Positions 33,689-47,528 of a stretch of DNA of 64,000 bases are shown here, in pieces; positions within the stretch are counted from its first letter, which is position 1; every line of letters begins with the position of its first letter. A program made the position numbers and the translations under genes. The DNA is from Prorocentrum cordatum (lineage: Eukaryota). The stretch is taken from contig CAUYUJ010000163.1 in assembly GCA_963575745.1 (NCBI GenBank), positions 1 to 64,000 of the forward strand, given 5' to 3'. The notes beneath the pieces were generated by a model. The model worked only from the letters and a program-made list of their open reading frames with translations, had not been told where the DNA came from and did no database searches.

Positions 33689-36600
33689 GATGCACGAGCA
33701 GCTTTATCTCGAATGAAGCCGAGGGCTGGTCTCGGCATAGATAGGCTGACGCCAGTCGACTTTCAACGTTTGCCAGATGAAGGCATCCAGGCCTTGTGCG
33801 ATCTGTTTCTACTCATAGAGCAAGGGTTGTCATGGCCATGGCAGAGTCTCTGTATCGTTGGAAAACTTTTGGGGAACAAATCAGGAGGCGATCGAGTCAT
33901 AGGACTGATCGCGATGCTGGCCAGAGTCTGGTCCATGGCGCGCGAGGTGGAGATGAAGGAGTGGTCCGTCGAGCAGGCTGAAGTGGACCACTGGGATGCC
34001 GCCGTCGCGGGCAACAGCGCTCTGCGCGAAGCATTCGTGCGAGCGCTGGAGGACGAGGTCCACACTCGTTTGCAGATCCCGAGCAGACATACGCTATGGG
34101 ACATCGCCTCTTTCTATGATTTCATAGAGTTTCAACCCCTCGCTGAATGTGCTTTGGAAAAAGGCTTCCAACCAGTTATCTTATTTCTGGAACTTCAACT
34201 GTGTCTGGCACCTCGTATGTTGGAGCAACTCAGTTGTTTCTCAGAGCCTTTCGAAGTGACGCGGTCTGTGGTCCAGGGCTTGAGGAACGGCACGCGGTTT
34301 GCCAAATGCAGCACGGCGAACATATGTCGTCGGCTCTGCAATTCTTTCAGCACGCTGCGTAAGCGAATATGTATAGATGCTTTATCGCAAAGAGTTTCAG
34401 GGTCACGAGCTCATATCAGGGCGACCTTGACCAAGGGCGGCATCCAGACCGCCAAGGAGTTTCAGAAGTTGCACCTCGGCTTGGCGGACAAGAGCGTCAT
34501 CACTTGTTCGCATCATGCAGACGCGATTGCTGTTGTGAGGGCACTGAGGCGCAAGGGCATCCACCTGCGCGCGGCCCTCTAGACGGCATACCTCGGCGTC
34601 GACCTCAGCAGTGGGAGGCGCCAAGGTCGAGCCACCGTTCGTCAACGGCATCTGAAGTCAGGCCAGTCACACGCTCGACTTCGACGTTTCGCACAGGCCG
34701 CTCGTCGGTGGCAGGCATCGGCCAGACTTCAACGGGCTGGACCACAAGCAGCTGCAGTCTACGGACACCACGTCCATGGGCAATTCGGATCGACGATGCT
34801 GGCTCAGCGGCGCAGGCTTGGCGCGACGGCTGGATCGTCGAAGCGAGGGCGGTGTTTGACCACTTTACTCTCTCTTATATTGCCTGGGTTCGACCCAGGC
34901 CACCTTCTACCCAAACAATGCATATCTCAATGGTTGGCGGTGTGGCTGACTGAGGTAGGGCTGCGGCGATCCATCGAACGGGCATGGCCGAAAGCAGTGG
35001 CACACCTACGTTCCCTTCCTCAGGGCCAGCGTGTGCGGCACGTGCGAGGCCCAATGACCACGGTGATCCTTTACTTGCTTGACGCGGGCTGGTCGCCCAG
35101 CACCCCCACCGACTGGGACGTGCCGACTGATGGCGCTGCAGAAGTTCACGCCTGGCAGTTCGACAGCAGTGACTTCGAGGCGCTGGACCAGGCAGCCCCG
35201 TTATTGGCGGAGTTGGAGCGGACATACGAGCTGAAGCAGTGGAAGGACGCATCTTCTTTGTTCTGTGGAGCTGGGCTCGAAGGAGGGGCTGATATGACCT
35301 CCCTGAGAGCCATGGTGGCGGACTTGCTGCACGCGGAGAAGGGCAGGCAGCTGTCCGAGTTACTGGTGTCTGCGGCCACAGGAGGGTGGTGGCCGAAAGT
35401 GCGGAGTCATGAAGCTGGGCTACGTGCTGACGATCGGTGCGATCGATGCGGCACGGAGCAGGACACACCGTTGCATAGATGCTGGACATGTTCCAAAAAT
35501 CAAGGGTCTCGTGCTTTCGATGAATATATTGATTTACTCCCGCGTGCTGTGAGTGAATCCGAGGTTTTTTCCTGTTTCTGGGTGCGGGGGCTCATCCCTT
35601 CCGCTTGGACCTCCATTCAGCCCCCCCCCCATCTGTCGAGGTTATCTCTGGCGGTCGTCTCGGGAACAATGGTCTCGGGGCTGGCTGTCTTGGGACTGGG
35701 ACTGCTCTGGAGCCCCTGGTTATTTTTGGAGACGCCTCTGGGGGTCGAGACACCCTCGGCTCTAGACTCAGGCGGGTTGGCATAGGACTTGCCACTTTCA
35801 CTAGGTATGATCCTTTGGAGTTGGGGCCTTTCCTCATGGGGCCCCTCACAGGAACGGCACAGACTGTTCCTCGAGGTGAACTTAGGGCGTTTGAGTGGGC
35901 CTTGCGTTTCAGCGTAGGCGAACTATTGTAGGTTACGGATTGTGACGAAGTTGCTAGAGGGTGATACAGCGAGTTGTTCCGCAGGCCTCAAGGCCCCCGG
36001 TCGGACATATGGCGTGACATCGGTAATCTACTGATATCACAAGTTAGAGCTCCAGCATGTATAGTTGTCGTTCAGATCCCGTCTCATTTGACAGGTGCTG
36101 AAGTGCTGGCCCGTGGTCTCCCCTAGTGGTTAGTGCTAGGCAACTCTTGTGTGGATGAATGAGATCGCGGGAGTGGCAGCGACACTCGCGCGAGTTTCTT
36201 CGGAGGAGCGTCACAAGATTCATGAGGTCGAGCATCGGGCCCGACTGGTTCGGAGGAGGTTGCTGCGTGTCGGCTTAGACTCCACTCGAGCGTCTCAGCT
36301 CTCTGATGTCCAAAGAGGGCGAGGCGCTGGTAGAGTCCCTCCCCCTCCTCCCCCTCCCCCTCCTTTAGCTCTTGCGCGCTTCGTGTCCGCACATACCCTG
36401 ACCGAAAACGGGAAGGCGTGTAGCGTGTGTAAAGGCTTCGCGACTAAGGCTGTGGTGTCCGAATGGCGAACAAGTGAATGCTTCCAACTCCAGCATGACA
36501 GCAGCGAGCTTCGTCGTGTTCCTAGGGGACGGCGTTTACACTTGGCCGGTGGTTGGACTCATCCCTCACACGCCTTGACCTATCATAAAGACCTTAAAAT

Positions 36601-36781
36601 CTGGTTTTGCCGCACGTGTGGATTCTTTGGCCAGGCTCAGCTCAGAGGCCTGGGAGAACCGTGCAAGCTGCCGGTTTCGAAGGCCAGGCGCGAGTATCTT
36701 GACAGGATTAATCGCGGCCTGTTTCCGAAGAGCTGAGCATTTAAGCCTGGTTATCACTACGTGATGGCGGAAATCCTGGAA
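33689..36781 (+). mobile_element. 5'-truncated, decayed non-LTR retrotransposon (RT - CCHC - RNase H - C-terminal Cys/His domain)
   Basis: RT motifs GLGID, KSGGDRVIGLI, WDIASFYDFI, SVVQG, CIDA (YxDD site), AYLGVD. CDRCG..DTPLHRCWTC. RNase H FGDASGG, QTVPRGEL, VTDC, NEIA. C-terminal CSVC..HPSH..WFCRTCG. Stops at 34580, 35929 and 35962; frameshift in C-run 35621-35630 plus a later one. Confidence 0.9.
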
Positions 36782-39700
36782 CTCCTCCTCCTCCTCCTCC
36801 TCCTCCTCCTCCTCCTCCTCCTCCGTGTGGTCCCTCGGATCCTCGTGCTGGTCTTGCAGCAGGAGTGTGTGGCGGTGTGCTGGCGCGGCAGGCTCGATGG
36901 GGTGCTACGCGGCAGGTCTGGGGTGCTGCACACAGGAATCGTGCAGCAGATCCAGCTAATTAGGGTTCTCCACCTTAGCGAACGACGAGGGGAAGGAGGA
37001 GGAGGAGGAGGAGGAGGAGGAGGAGGAGGAGGAGGATGAGGAGGAGGAGGGTGAGAGGAGGAGGAGGAGGAGGAGGAGGAGGAGGAGGAGGAGGAGGAGG
37101 AGGAGGGTGAGGAGGAGGAGGAGGAGGAGGAGGGGGAGGAGGAGGAGGACGAGGAGGAGGATGTAGGAGGGGAGTCTTGGTGTACCTGCTCCTCCTCGAT
37201 GCTTCTTCCTCAAGCGACGCAGGCCATGCCTGGATTTCATGGGCCTGGTTGCGGGTGCGCGCATGAGGAAGACTTCACAGGCGTCGCTCAGGACGCGAAT
37301 GCCTTTTTGAGATTTGTTTCTTCTGACAATCAGTAAGAGCTAGAGGACGAACGTTTGTATCATCTGAAAAAAGAGGAGACGAATGAGGAGACGAGGGTGG
37401 ACGATGAGGAGGATGGGGAGGAGCATGAGGGGAACATCCTGGTTTCAGGAGGAGTGCAGATGATGACGGATGAGGAGCCTGCTACTGTGGTGGTGGATGT
37501 GCGAGGGTTTATGATGGCCATGCTTTCTATGATAACTGACGTGGACATGTGCACGATATCGCTTCCTGCAGCGTTGCCGCTATTCCTAGGGCTGCAAGGC
37601 TGTGCCATGAATGTTGGACCACCTTCATGGAACAGCCAGCGCGATTTGTAGGTGAAATCATCATGGGAATGTGTATCATGTCGTTCGATTTGTTCTCGGT
37701 TTGCGCAGGGTGTCTCAGCACAGACAGCCTTGGAGACCAGATCAATCCTGGGTTCTCGTAGCACCTGCGAACACATCTGGGTTGCTTGTGGATGAGTCCT
37801 ACGGACGCCGAGTTTCAGTCAGCATGAATGAAATGAGGACTGGAGAACAGGTGCATTGTCGAAGCCTTCTGGCTTTTCGTACCCCCGTGTCCTCGAGCCC
37901 ATATTTTGCCAGTTTCCTTGTTCTTCTACCCACCCTCCATGCTGGGCCAGGCTGGCCTTGGAAAACGCCCAGCGCATTTACGCACGACCCTTGAAATAAG
38001 AGCCTCCAGGGAGTTGGAATTGATCCGCCAAAAGCGTGAAGAGATGCGTAGAACGTATAGCCTCCTCTCAGGAAGCTTATACAAGCCGCTTGAACATATG
38101 CCTTGATTCGCTTAGAAGACTACCCTGCTTCGTATACATCCTGGCCCGAATAGGCTGGTTCGGGAACCATTTCCCCGCTTGGATCCGAAACGGCGACGCG
38201 ACGAAGGGGGAAGCGAGATGGGGCAGATCTTCTCAGAAGGCGGCGGGGCCTCTCAGCAGCCTCTTGGTCTCCCGAGAATCCGCTTGCGACTTCGGGGAAG
38301 GGCCAGACAGTTTTTTCAGAGGGCCGCAGGCCTCCTGAGCCCTCTGAGCTGGACCGCCCCCGTTGCCTTCTCTCCCCTGGGCGTGCCGCCGACTGAGGCT
38401 GAAGTCTTCTGCTGGCATAGGTCCTTTCGGATGCAACTCCTGGGAGGTCAAGTTCTGATCCTGCCCCGGTCCGAAATCCTGCTTCATCCGGCTGGAGTCC
38501 TGCCTTTGCTGGCTCCATCTGGCTCTATTCCGCTGAATCTGGCTCAGTCCCGCTTCATCCGAGGCCCGACCTAGCGCAACAGGATCTCCCCATGGGGCTT
38601 AATCCTCCTTAATCTTTCCGACGGATGCCTCCCAGTAGTTGCCTCCTGAGGCCCTCCCGTCTGGGCCACGGCGAGTGGCGGCTGCTTCGCAGCGGTCGTT
38701 CCGCGCTCCGCGTCCGTGCTGCGCCTGTGGGAGGAGGACCTGCGGGGGCGGCGTCCCAGGACGATCTGCACGGTGTCAGCCGGGCGCCTTGCATCGGGTC
38801 TCCCTCGACCGCAGGTGTGAGCACTCTGCAGTGGAAGCGTGAGAGCCCCGCAGTGGTACACACTGTTCATGCCTAATTCTGCTGAAGCTCTTTGTTTTTC
38901 TGGGGGGCCAAGATCCTCTCATTTCTAATTGTTCTGTCCTGGGCCTCTTCCTGGCCACTAGGGGCCAGGAACAGTTAGAAGAGGGCACAATTAGAAATGA
39001 GCACGATTAGAAATGAACGACGTGTACGTAGTTGCACTTACACGGCAATGCTCCTACGACGCTGGTTTCCCGCTCTGAAGGCACGCTGCAAATAAGGGGC
39101 GCGGATTCACTGAAATGCGCGAAGCCTACTGAAAGCAGGTCTGATATGGGCGAGGCTTCCCGAGCTGTCAGTTGGAGTAACAAATCATATCACGGACATT
39201 TGCGCTCAAAGCACTATTGTATCTTGTGTAAACCTGTCCACCCAAGGTTGGCCAGAGGGGTTTGCCCGGAGCCAGGAGGGCTGGCTGGGGTTGTCCGCAG
39301 AGTTGGCCACAGGGTCGGCCAAAGAGTTGGCTGGGCGAATGCTCAGTGACGTTACTCATGCGATCTTTCCATGACGTTGCCTTTCCATGAGGTCTGCTTT
39401 TCCATCGCAGGCGAGTGCTTCGAACGGCTGTCTTCCCATAGCGTCCAGTACCTCGGGCATGCCACGGCCGCCTCTGGTGGCCAGTAAGGAGGGGGAGGAG
39501 GAGGAGGAGGAGGAGGAGGAGGAGGGGGGGATGAGGAGGAGGAGGAGGAGGAGGAGGAGGAGGAGGAGGAGGAGGAGGAGGAGGAGGAGGAGGATGAGGA
39601 TGAGGAGGAGGAGGAGGAGGAGGAAGAGGAGGAGGGGAGGCGCTGCTCCTTTCCCTTGGTTCGCCTGCCTCTGGATCTTGCCGCTGCAGGTCTGGCCAAG

Positions 39701-39838
39701 GGCCGCGGGCAGTGCCCGCCGTCTGTTGTGTGTGTGTGTGTGTGTGTGTTCCGCGTCCACTCGCGCGGGGCAGCGCTTCGGCACCTTCCATGCCCGAGAC
39801 TGCTGGGGCCATCTTGGGCCCCCCCGCGGGCCCCTCCC

Positions 39839-40082
39839 TTAGTGGGCCCTGGAAACGACAGGGCCGTTTTTCTACCCGTTCCGCTTTGCCGTTTTCTTAC
39901 CGGTTCCGACGCCGTTTTTTTACCGGTTCCATCGCCGTTTTTTGACCGGTTCCGGCTCCGGTTCCAATCCTGGAGCCGTTTTTTTGCCGTTTCCGGTCGC
40001 CGTTCTTTTCCGTTTCCATTTTCAAGGGGCATTTTTTTGGAAACGGTGAAAAAACGGCCCTGCCGTTTCCGTGGCCCACAAA
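39839..40082. mobile_element. Small TIR element
   Basis: GTGGGCCCTGGAAACGACAGGGCCGTTTTT pairs with AAAAACGGCCCTGCCGTTTCCGTGGCCCAC; internal CCGTTTTT repeats. Confidence 0.65.
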
Positions 40083-41062
40083 GCCCTGGGCCCCTCCTGT
40101 GGCTTTCCTGGGGCTCTCTCGGGGCCATCTGGGAGGCCTTGGGGCGCTAGTTCGGCCATCTTGGAGGCCATCGATCAAAGAAGGGGGGGCGGCGGGCGTT
40201 ACCAATTACGCCCCCCCCTTGCAGGCACAACCATGGCATCATGTTGGGGCCTTCTTAGAAAGCTCTTGGGGCACTCTTGGACGCTTTTGGTTTCCTCTTG
40301 GGCCCGTCTTGGGCCCCTCTTGGGGCTCTCCTTGGCCATCTCGGAGCCATCTTAAGGCCTCAGGAGCCCATCGGACGCGAACAGGCGAGAAGATACCACA
40401 CATAGCTTGCCTATAGGTCTTGGACGGGCTTTGGCCTCTCGTGGGTCCTCGTAAGACGCCGTGGCCACTTGGAACAGTGTTGGGGGCGTTGTTGGGGCTT
40501 CTCGGAGGCATGTTGGACGCTATCTTGAACCATCTCGGGCTATATTGTGCGACCCTGGCCTGGGGCCTTCTTGGGGCCATCTTTGACGCTCTATCGCTGC
40601 GTGACGGGGTCCGCCCAGACCCATGGAGAGGGGGTCGGGGGAGAGGTAAACCTATCCCCGAGGGGGAAGAAGAAGGTTGGAATGACTAATGCGCTAAAGC
40701 ACCTAAGTCCTAAAGGGCTCGTGGGATTACATTACCAGCTCGCATCTCAACACATGTTGGGCGTGGGTGGCATATCCAGCTGCCTGCGGCAAACCCCGCC
40801 AGAGGTAGGAACAGAGTATAGGAGAGAGAGCGTAGGGGAGAGAGTGCAGGAACAATGCAATTCCGACGACTAGTCTGAACTGGGACGGGTCGTGAACTCG
40901 ATCTCGTCTTCGTCCGCGTGGTATGGGGGAGGTCGATCTCACGCCCCGTTACAGTTCAGCGAGCTGTCGAGTGGTCTGAAAGAGGCGGGTCGTGAATTCG
41001 ATCTCATCTTCGTCCGCGCTGTAGGGAGGAGGAGAGGGAAACTGATGCGGAGGAGGAGAGCG

Positions 41063-41373
41063 GATGAGGCGGGTGATGATGATGATGATGATGAGGAGGA
41101 GGATGATGATGATGACGATGATGCTGATGATGATGATGATGATGATGGTGCTGATGTTGTTGATGATGATGATGGTACTGATGCTAATGATGCTGATGCT
41201 GCTGCTGCTGATGATTATTCTGATGCTGACGATGATGATGATGCTGATGCTGCTGTTGATGATGATGCTGATGATGATGAGTAATGACCATGCTTATGTT
41301 GATGATGATGGTGTTGATGATGATGCTGATGCTGATGCTGAGGATGATTGTGTTGAGGATGATGGTGCTGTTG

Positions 41374-41404
<31 letters not shown>

Positions 41405-42914
41405 TACTGATGCTAATGATGGAGAGAGCGTGATCCACCGCCGCTTTACTGTGGAAAATTGCCAACCTTTTCCTCCGGAACCCGGGGGTCGCCCCCCCCC
41501 CCCCCCCCTCCGAAATTCCCCCCCCCCCCCTGGAACCCCTGCCCCCCTCCCCCCCTCTCCCCCGGCAAAACCCCCCTCCCCTAACCCCTCCCCCACCCCC
41601 CCCTCCCTATCGAAAACCGGGGGGGTCACTACCGTTCGAACCCCCCCCCCCCCCCCCCCCCCCCTCCGGATCCGGAAAACTGGGGGGGCCACTACCGGTT
41701 CGACCCCCCCCCCCCCCCCCCCCCCCTACTCACCGCCAGCAAACGACTCCCGGTCCCCACCACCGTCCGCATCACATCCCCCACTGGTGTTCCCAGCACC
41801 ACTGTCCTCACCACCGCTGTCCCCACTGGTTCCACCACCGCCCCTACTGTCCCCACCAGTGGCCCCACCACTGTCGCACTGTCCCCGCTGTCCCCAGAAC
41901 TGTTCCCACCACGGTTCCACTCTCCCCACTGTCTCCACGGCCCCAACCACTGCCCGACTATCCCCACTGTCCCCACTGTCCCACTGACTCCTCCGCTGTC
42001 CCACTGAGCTGTCCCACTGTTCCCACCACTGTCCCCACTGTCCCCACCACTGTCCCCACTGTACCTCTGTCCCATTGTCCCACCGCCGTCCTCGCCACCG
42101 CCTTCACCACTGTCCCCACCACCATTGTACCCTCCACTGTCCCACTGTTTCCACCTCATTCCCATTGTCCCCACACCACTGTCCCCACCACCACCGTCAC
42201 CACCACTGTCCACTGTCCCCCCCTGTTCCCACCATTGTCCCCACCACTGTCCCCACCACTACCGTCCCCACCACTGTCCCACTGTCCCACTGTCCCCACC
42301 ACTGTCCCGCTGTCCCCTCACCACTGTCCCCACCAACACCGTCCCCACCACTGTCCGCACCCCCACTCGGTTTTCGAGGGGGGGGGGGGTTCGAACCGGT
42401 AGTGACCCCCCTCGGTTTTCGAGCTCGGGGGGGGGGGGGGGTTCGAAGCGGTAGTGACCCCCCCCCCTTTTCATGATGAGCTGGGGGGGGGGGAGGTTCG
42501 AACCAGTAGTGACCCCCCCGGGTTTTCCGGAAGGGGGGGGGGGGGGGAGGGGTTCGAACCGGTAGTGACCCCCCCGGTTTTTCCGCCAGCAGCGGTAGAA
42601 CACGCTCTTTCTATTGATTGCTGATGCTGCTCTGCTGATGATGATTATCTGATGCTGACGATGAATGAGTTGTTGATGATGCTGCTGACGATGATGATGA
42701 TTGATGCTGATGATGATACGCTGATGCTGAATTGATGCTAGATGGCGATGATTGATTGATGATGATGATGATGATGATGATGAATGATGATGATGCATGA
42801 TGATCATGATGATACGATGATGGATGATGATGACGATGATGATGATGATGATGATTATGAGTTATGATATGATGATGATGACGATGATGATGATGATGAA
42901 TGATGATGATGACC

Positions 42915-42951
<37 letters not shown>

Positions 42952-43004
42952 GATGAGGGAGGATGAATGATGATGACCATGATTGAATGATGATGATGAT
43001 GATG

Positions 43005-43064
<60 letters not shown>

Positions 43065-43065
43065 C

Positions 43066-43143
<78 letters not shown>
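41063..43143. repeat. (GAT)n microsatellite field, split by an inserted foldback element
   Basis: GAT tracts at 41063-41420 and 42615-43143. Confidence 0.95.
41422..42611. mobile_element. Foldback-type element with CCCCACTGT core satellite
   Basis: AGAGCGTGATCCACCGC pairs with GCGGTAGAACACGCTCT. Subterminal GGGGGTCACTACCG.TTCGAACCCC modules are inverted as GGGGTTCGAACCGGTAGTGACCCCC. Core satellite at about 41760-42360. Confidence 0.75.
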
Positions 43144-43145
<2 letters not shown>

Positions 43146-46100
43146 CGGAGGAGGACGATTGCAGTGTAGTGCTGGCACCCTTGAGGGTATGCATAACCCT
43201 GTGGAGGTTCTCGTGAAGGTTGAATGACAAACCTTCTGGTTACTGAGCCAGTGCAGGGGCTGTTGTTGGCACCTGGTGTCGGTGGATGGTATACGTGGTC
43301 AGCATACCCCGAGACAGCCACCTCTGTTCGACACATTAGGTTTGGAGGGGAGTGCTTCACGATAGCGCCTCTCGCCTCCTACCGTACAACTGATAGGTCA
43401 TGATGCGACCGCCTGATCAGAGGAGTGGCTGGCATCTCCCAGAGTAGCGTCAGACGCTGGCTCTCTAACCCTGTAGGAGGGCCCGGGGCAGTTCACTGGG
43501 GGGCACAAGGCAGGGCGGCTTGCTACCCTAGTTGGGACATGTGCGCCCGCTACACCGCTGGGGGGATCGCCACCCTGGCGGTGACGGGGAGGGACCCTCT
43601 CCGCATCAGGGCACCATTGAGATCCGCTCTGCAGCAGGCCAGGACGCCACCGTAGGGTTGACAAAGTGGGACCCGCGCCATCGCATGTCGGATCGCCAGC
43701 CCAGAAGTGACACGGGTAGGCAGCTCTCAGGCAGGCCGGGTCGCCCCCTCCCCAGGGTGGACGGGGCGGGCTCCTCTACTGCCGCCGATGTTTCCGCTGT
43801 GAGGTGCCGAGAGGGACACCCTGGCGGCTTCCGGGGGGAACTTGTCCACAGCTTGGCACCTTTCCACTCGAGGGGTGACAAGGGGGGCCCTGCTCCATCT
43901 CGGGTTCCACCGAAGGCCCCAGTGGGGGTGCCGACATGCGTCCGCCACACCCAGTACAGCGCTTCGTGGCTTCATTTTGAGCTCCACATAAGGCCCTTGT
44001 GGGACCGCCCGCATGCGTCTGCCACACCCAGTAAAGCGTTACGTGGCCCCCAGGGAGCTCCACCGAAGGCCCCAGTGGGGGTGCCCGCATGCGTCCGCAA
44101 CACCCAGTAAAGCGCTTCGTGGCCCCATAGGGAGCTCCACCGAAGGCCCGAATGGGGGTGCCCGCATGCGTCCGCCACACCCATACAGCGTTTCGTGGCC
44201 CCATAGCGAGCTACACCGAAGGCTCCAGTGGGGGTGCCCGCATGCGTCCGCCACACTCAGTACAACGTTTCGTGGCCCCATATGTAGCTCCATCGAAGGT
44301 CCTGGTGGGACCGCCCGCAAGCGTCCGTCACACCCAGTCAGCGTTTCGTGGCCCCATACGGGGACTTAACGAAGGCCCCAATGGCACCGCCCGCATGCGT
44401 TTCCACAACGCACTACAGCGCGTCGTGGCCTTACAGGGAGCTCCACCGAAGGCCCCAGTGGGACCACCCGCATGCGTCCCCCCACCCATTACCGCACGCC
44501 CTATCACGCCTTGCGTGTCCCACCGAAAGCGACACCCACAACGCGTTTTTCACAATTACATATGGTTGTGTTTTTCGCCCAGCTGATTTTAAAAAAAGGA
44601 AGGTGTGCGGTTCCAAGGCGAGAGCCACATTTTGAAAACGGGCCGCCCTCAATCTGTGAAGCCCTTGCAAATTTTGAAAACGAATGTGCGCGGCGCTAAG
44701 GCGCGAGCCACATTTTGAGAACGGGTCGCCTTCAATCCGTGAAACGCTTGCAAATTTTGAGAACGAATGTGCGCGGCGCTAAGGCGAGAGTCACATTTTG
44801 AAAACCACCTGCCCTCCATCTGTGAAACTGTTGCCGGTTTTTCAGCTTCAGAGTTATACTAGGTGAGGAAGTCTCAGGGGAAACGCCCGGCCCGCGCTCA
44901 AAACTGGCCTCGGGGTACGACAGGGAGAAGTTATTCATATGGACAATGAATGGAGGAAAAGGAGGAAGAGGAGGAGTAGGAGGAGGAGGAGGAGCAGGAG
45001 GAGGAGGAGGAGAAGGAGGAGGAGGAGGGAGGAGGAGGAGGAGGAGGAGGAGGAGGAGGAGGGAGGAGGCGGAGGAGGAGGAGGAGGAGGAGGAGGAGGA
45101 GGAGGAGGAGGAGGAGGAGGAGGAGGGGGAGGGGGAGAGGGAGGAGGAGCAGGGGAAGGAGGAGGAGGTGGAGGAGGAGGAGGAGGTGGAGGAGGAGGAG
45201 GAGGAGGATGGGGGCCCCAAATGGTGTGGTGACCACACCGTCTGGTGAGTCAGTGCGGATTCGTGCTGACCTCACGGTTGTAGAACTTGGGTCGTTCTCC
45301 GAGGACGTTTCGGGCCCCCGAAGAGGATGGGCACAGGAAGCCCTCACCCAGAGCGCGGGGAAACGCCAGCGCAATCACCCACGTACAGACCCACAGGCCC
45401 GTATGCTCACTCCCTGCGATTCCTGTTGCGTGCCGGTTCGGCTTCTGAATGGCGTCGACCTCGACTCCGTGCTCCGTCTGCCCCGAACCCGTCGAACAAT
45501 GCTGCATCGTTTTATCGATGCTGCGGCTTGAAGGCTCCTCGCAAGAACCTCATAAGGATGGTGGCGCGTCTGGGTAGACATCCCGAAATAGGAGTCAATG
45601 GACCGGTCCTCGCCAGGAGGATGAAAAGAAGGAGGATGGATCCAGTCCAGATTAAACTCCTGAATGGATTGGTGCCTTGAGCATGGGGGCGACTTGTAGA
45701 TTCCCCGGTCTTCGACTTACCCCAGCCTGGCAATTCTGCAGGCAACCGTGTTGCGTACTTCATATTTCTCTAGGTATCCCTTCTCATTGTGATCCCCCGC
45801 CTCGTTCTAGTCGTTGCCGTCGTCCTCTTCCTTCTCTTCCTCCTCTCCCCCCTGCCCCCCTTCTCATCCCCCTCTCCCCTCTCTTCCCCCCCTCCCCTCC
45901 CTCTCTCCGCTACCTGCTACCCCGTATGATGATCCATCCTGCCAGCCCTCGGCAATGCCAGGGGGCATGTCGGTTCTGGGCTGCGCGCTTGGCACTGGAC
46001 TCGGAGGGCATGGCGGTTTCGGAAAGACGGTGAGCGGATCATAGTTGGCCGAGGAGTTGCGATGCAGTGGGCTCCTCCCTGCAGTCCCCTCCTCCCCCCT

Positions 46101-46245
46101 CCCCCTGCTCCTCCTCCCTCCTCTTCCCCTCCCCCAGAGCGCGGACCGGCGCATAACTTAGTCTTCTCCTCCTCATCGTCTAGGTGATGTGGTGTCGCGT
46201 CGTGCCCCATGTTGGCACTTCCTCCTTCTCCTGCACCTCTCTCAG

Positions 46246-46374
46246 CTGCTGCTCCCGTGGATCGACGTTGAGAACGTCGTTGCCCTGAATGAGGATACGC
46301 CCAACACGGGCAAACGCGTTTTCCGCATATACGACGACAGGCTGGACGACGAGAAGCTGGTGGAGTGCCCCGAG
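46246..46374 (+). CDS. PITH-domain protein (PITHD1-like), exon A
   Basis: After pyrimidine tract + CAG: LLLPWIDVENVVALNEDTPNTGKRVFRIYDDRLDDEKLVECPE, matching the PITH N-terminus (L..ID...V..LNE....G..VF..W..R.D....VES). Putative GAG|GA donor. Confidence 0.8.
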
Positions 46375-47528
46375 GATGGCGGCATGACGGGGAGGGGGGC
46401 ATGGAGCGAATGAGAAGGCGAGGCACCAGCAAGTGAGGTCGCAGGTGGCCTCCTGGACAGTCGGGAGAGTTCTGGTTTGCTTCCTGAGCCCCCCCCCGAG
46501 GCCGCTTGAAAGCATCTTTGGGCCACGTGACGCAAAGAGTCTGTAGTTGTTGTGCCCACGATCTTCGCTTCTCGGGGGCCTTTGGCGGAGCCGACTTGGA
46601 GTCTCTTGTGGCGTATTAGGCTCATCGTATCGGGGCCTCCTTGGGGCACTGTCCGAGCCAAGTGTTGTTACCCGGGCCCTCTTGGAGCCGTCTTGGGCCA
46701 TCTTGGAGCCATATTGGGGGCGATTCGGGATTCTACCGAGCCTCATCGGAGCCCCCATGAGGCCTCCACGAGAATGAATAGGCGGATGCTTGCGCCAGCC
46801 GACGGACTGCGCGAGTGCCCTCCCTGCATGCGCTGAGCATACGAAGGTCCCTCTCACAGGAACCTGCCAGACCACCTCAAGCCTGACATTTCTGCGGCCC
46901 GCAGGGGGCCTCCGCAATGAGCCTGCAGAGCGGGAGTGACGGCGGCCCCCCCCTCCAGGGGGGAAATTAGAAAACACATCGGCCCTTCAGTAAGCGTGCG
47001 GGGGTATGGCCTCGACGTGCGTGCCGCCGACCACTCGGGCGTGTCCCGAGGCCCCAGGAGAGGCCTCTCGGATGACTGTGGGGATCGTGGGCACTGTGGG
47101 GATCGTGGGCCTCTCGGGAGCCTCTCGAGGGCCTCTGGGGGCCTGATCTGGGCCTCTCGAAGGCATCCTGGAACCTCTTGGGGGCTGCTAGGGGGCCTGC
47201 TGACTGCCTCGGAGGTCGTCTTGTCAGGCGATCGCAACCATGGATCAAGGGGGCGCGGATTAGCGACGGGTCCTGTTTCCACGGGAAATCTCGGATTTCC
47301 GCCGCCGAACGAGGCGGCACTGGCCGCATTTTGGGGAGGACACCTCCCCCGATCCATGGAGTTGGAGACCGCGCGCCAAATCCATGGATCGCTAATCAAT
47401 GTTTGCGCGCCCCCGATCTTGGGGCGGAGAGCTCGACATATCGCTTCGTGTCCCCCCTCTGGGCCTCATCTAGGGCCTTTCATGGGGCCCGCTTGGGCCC
47501 TCTTGGGGGCCCCTTTGCCGCAAGGCAG

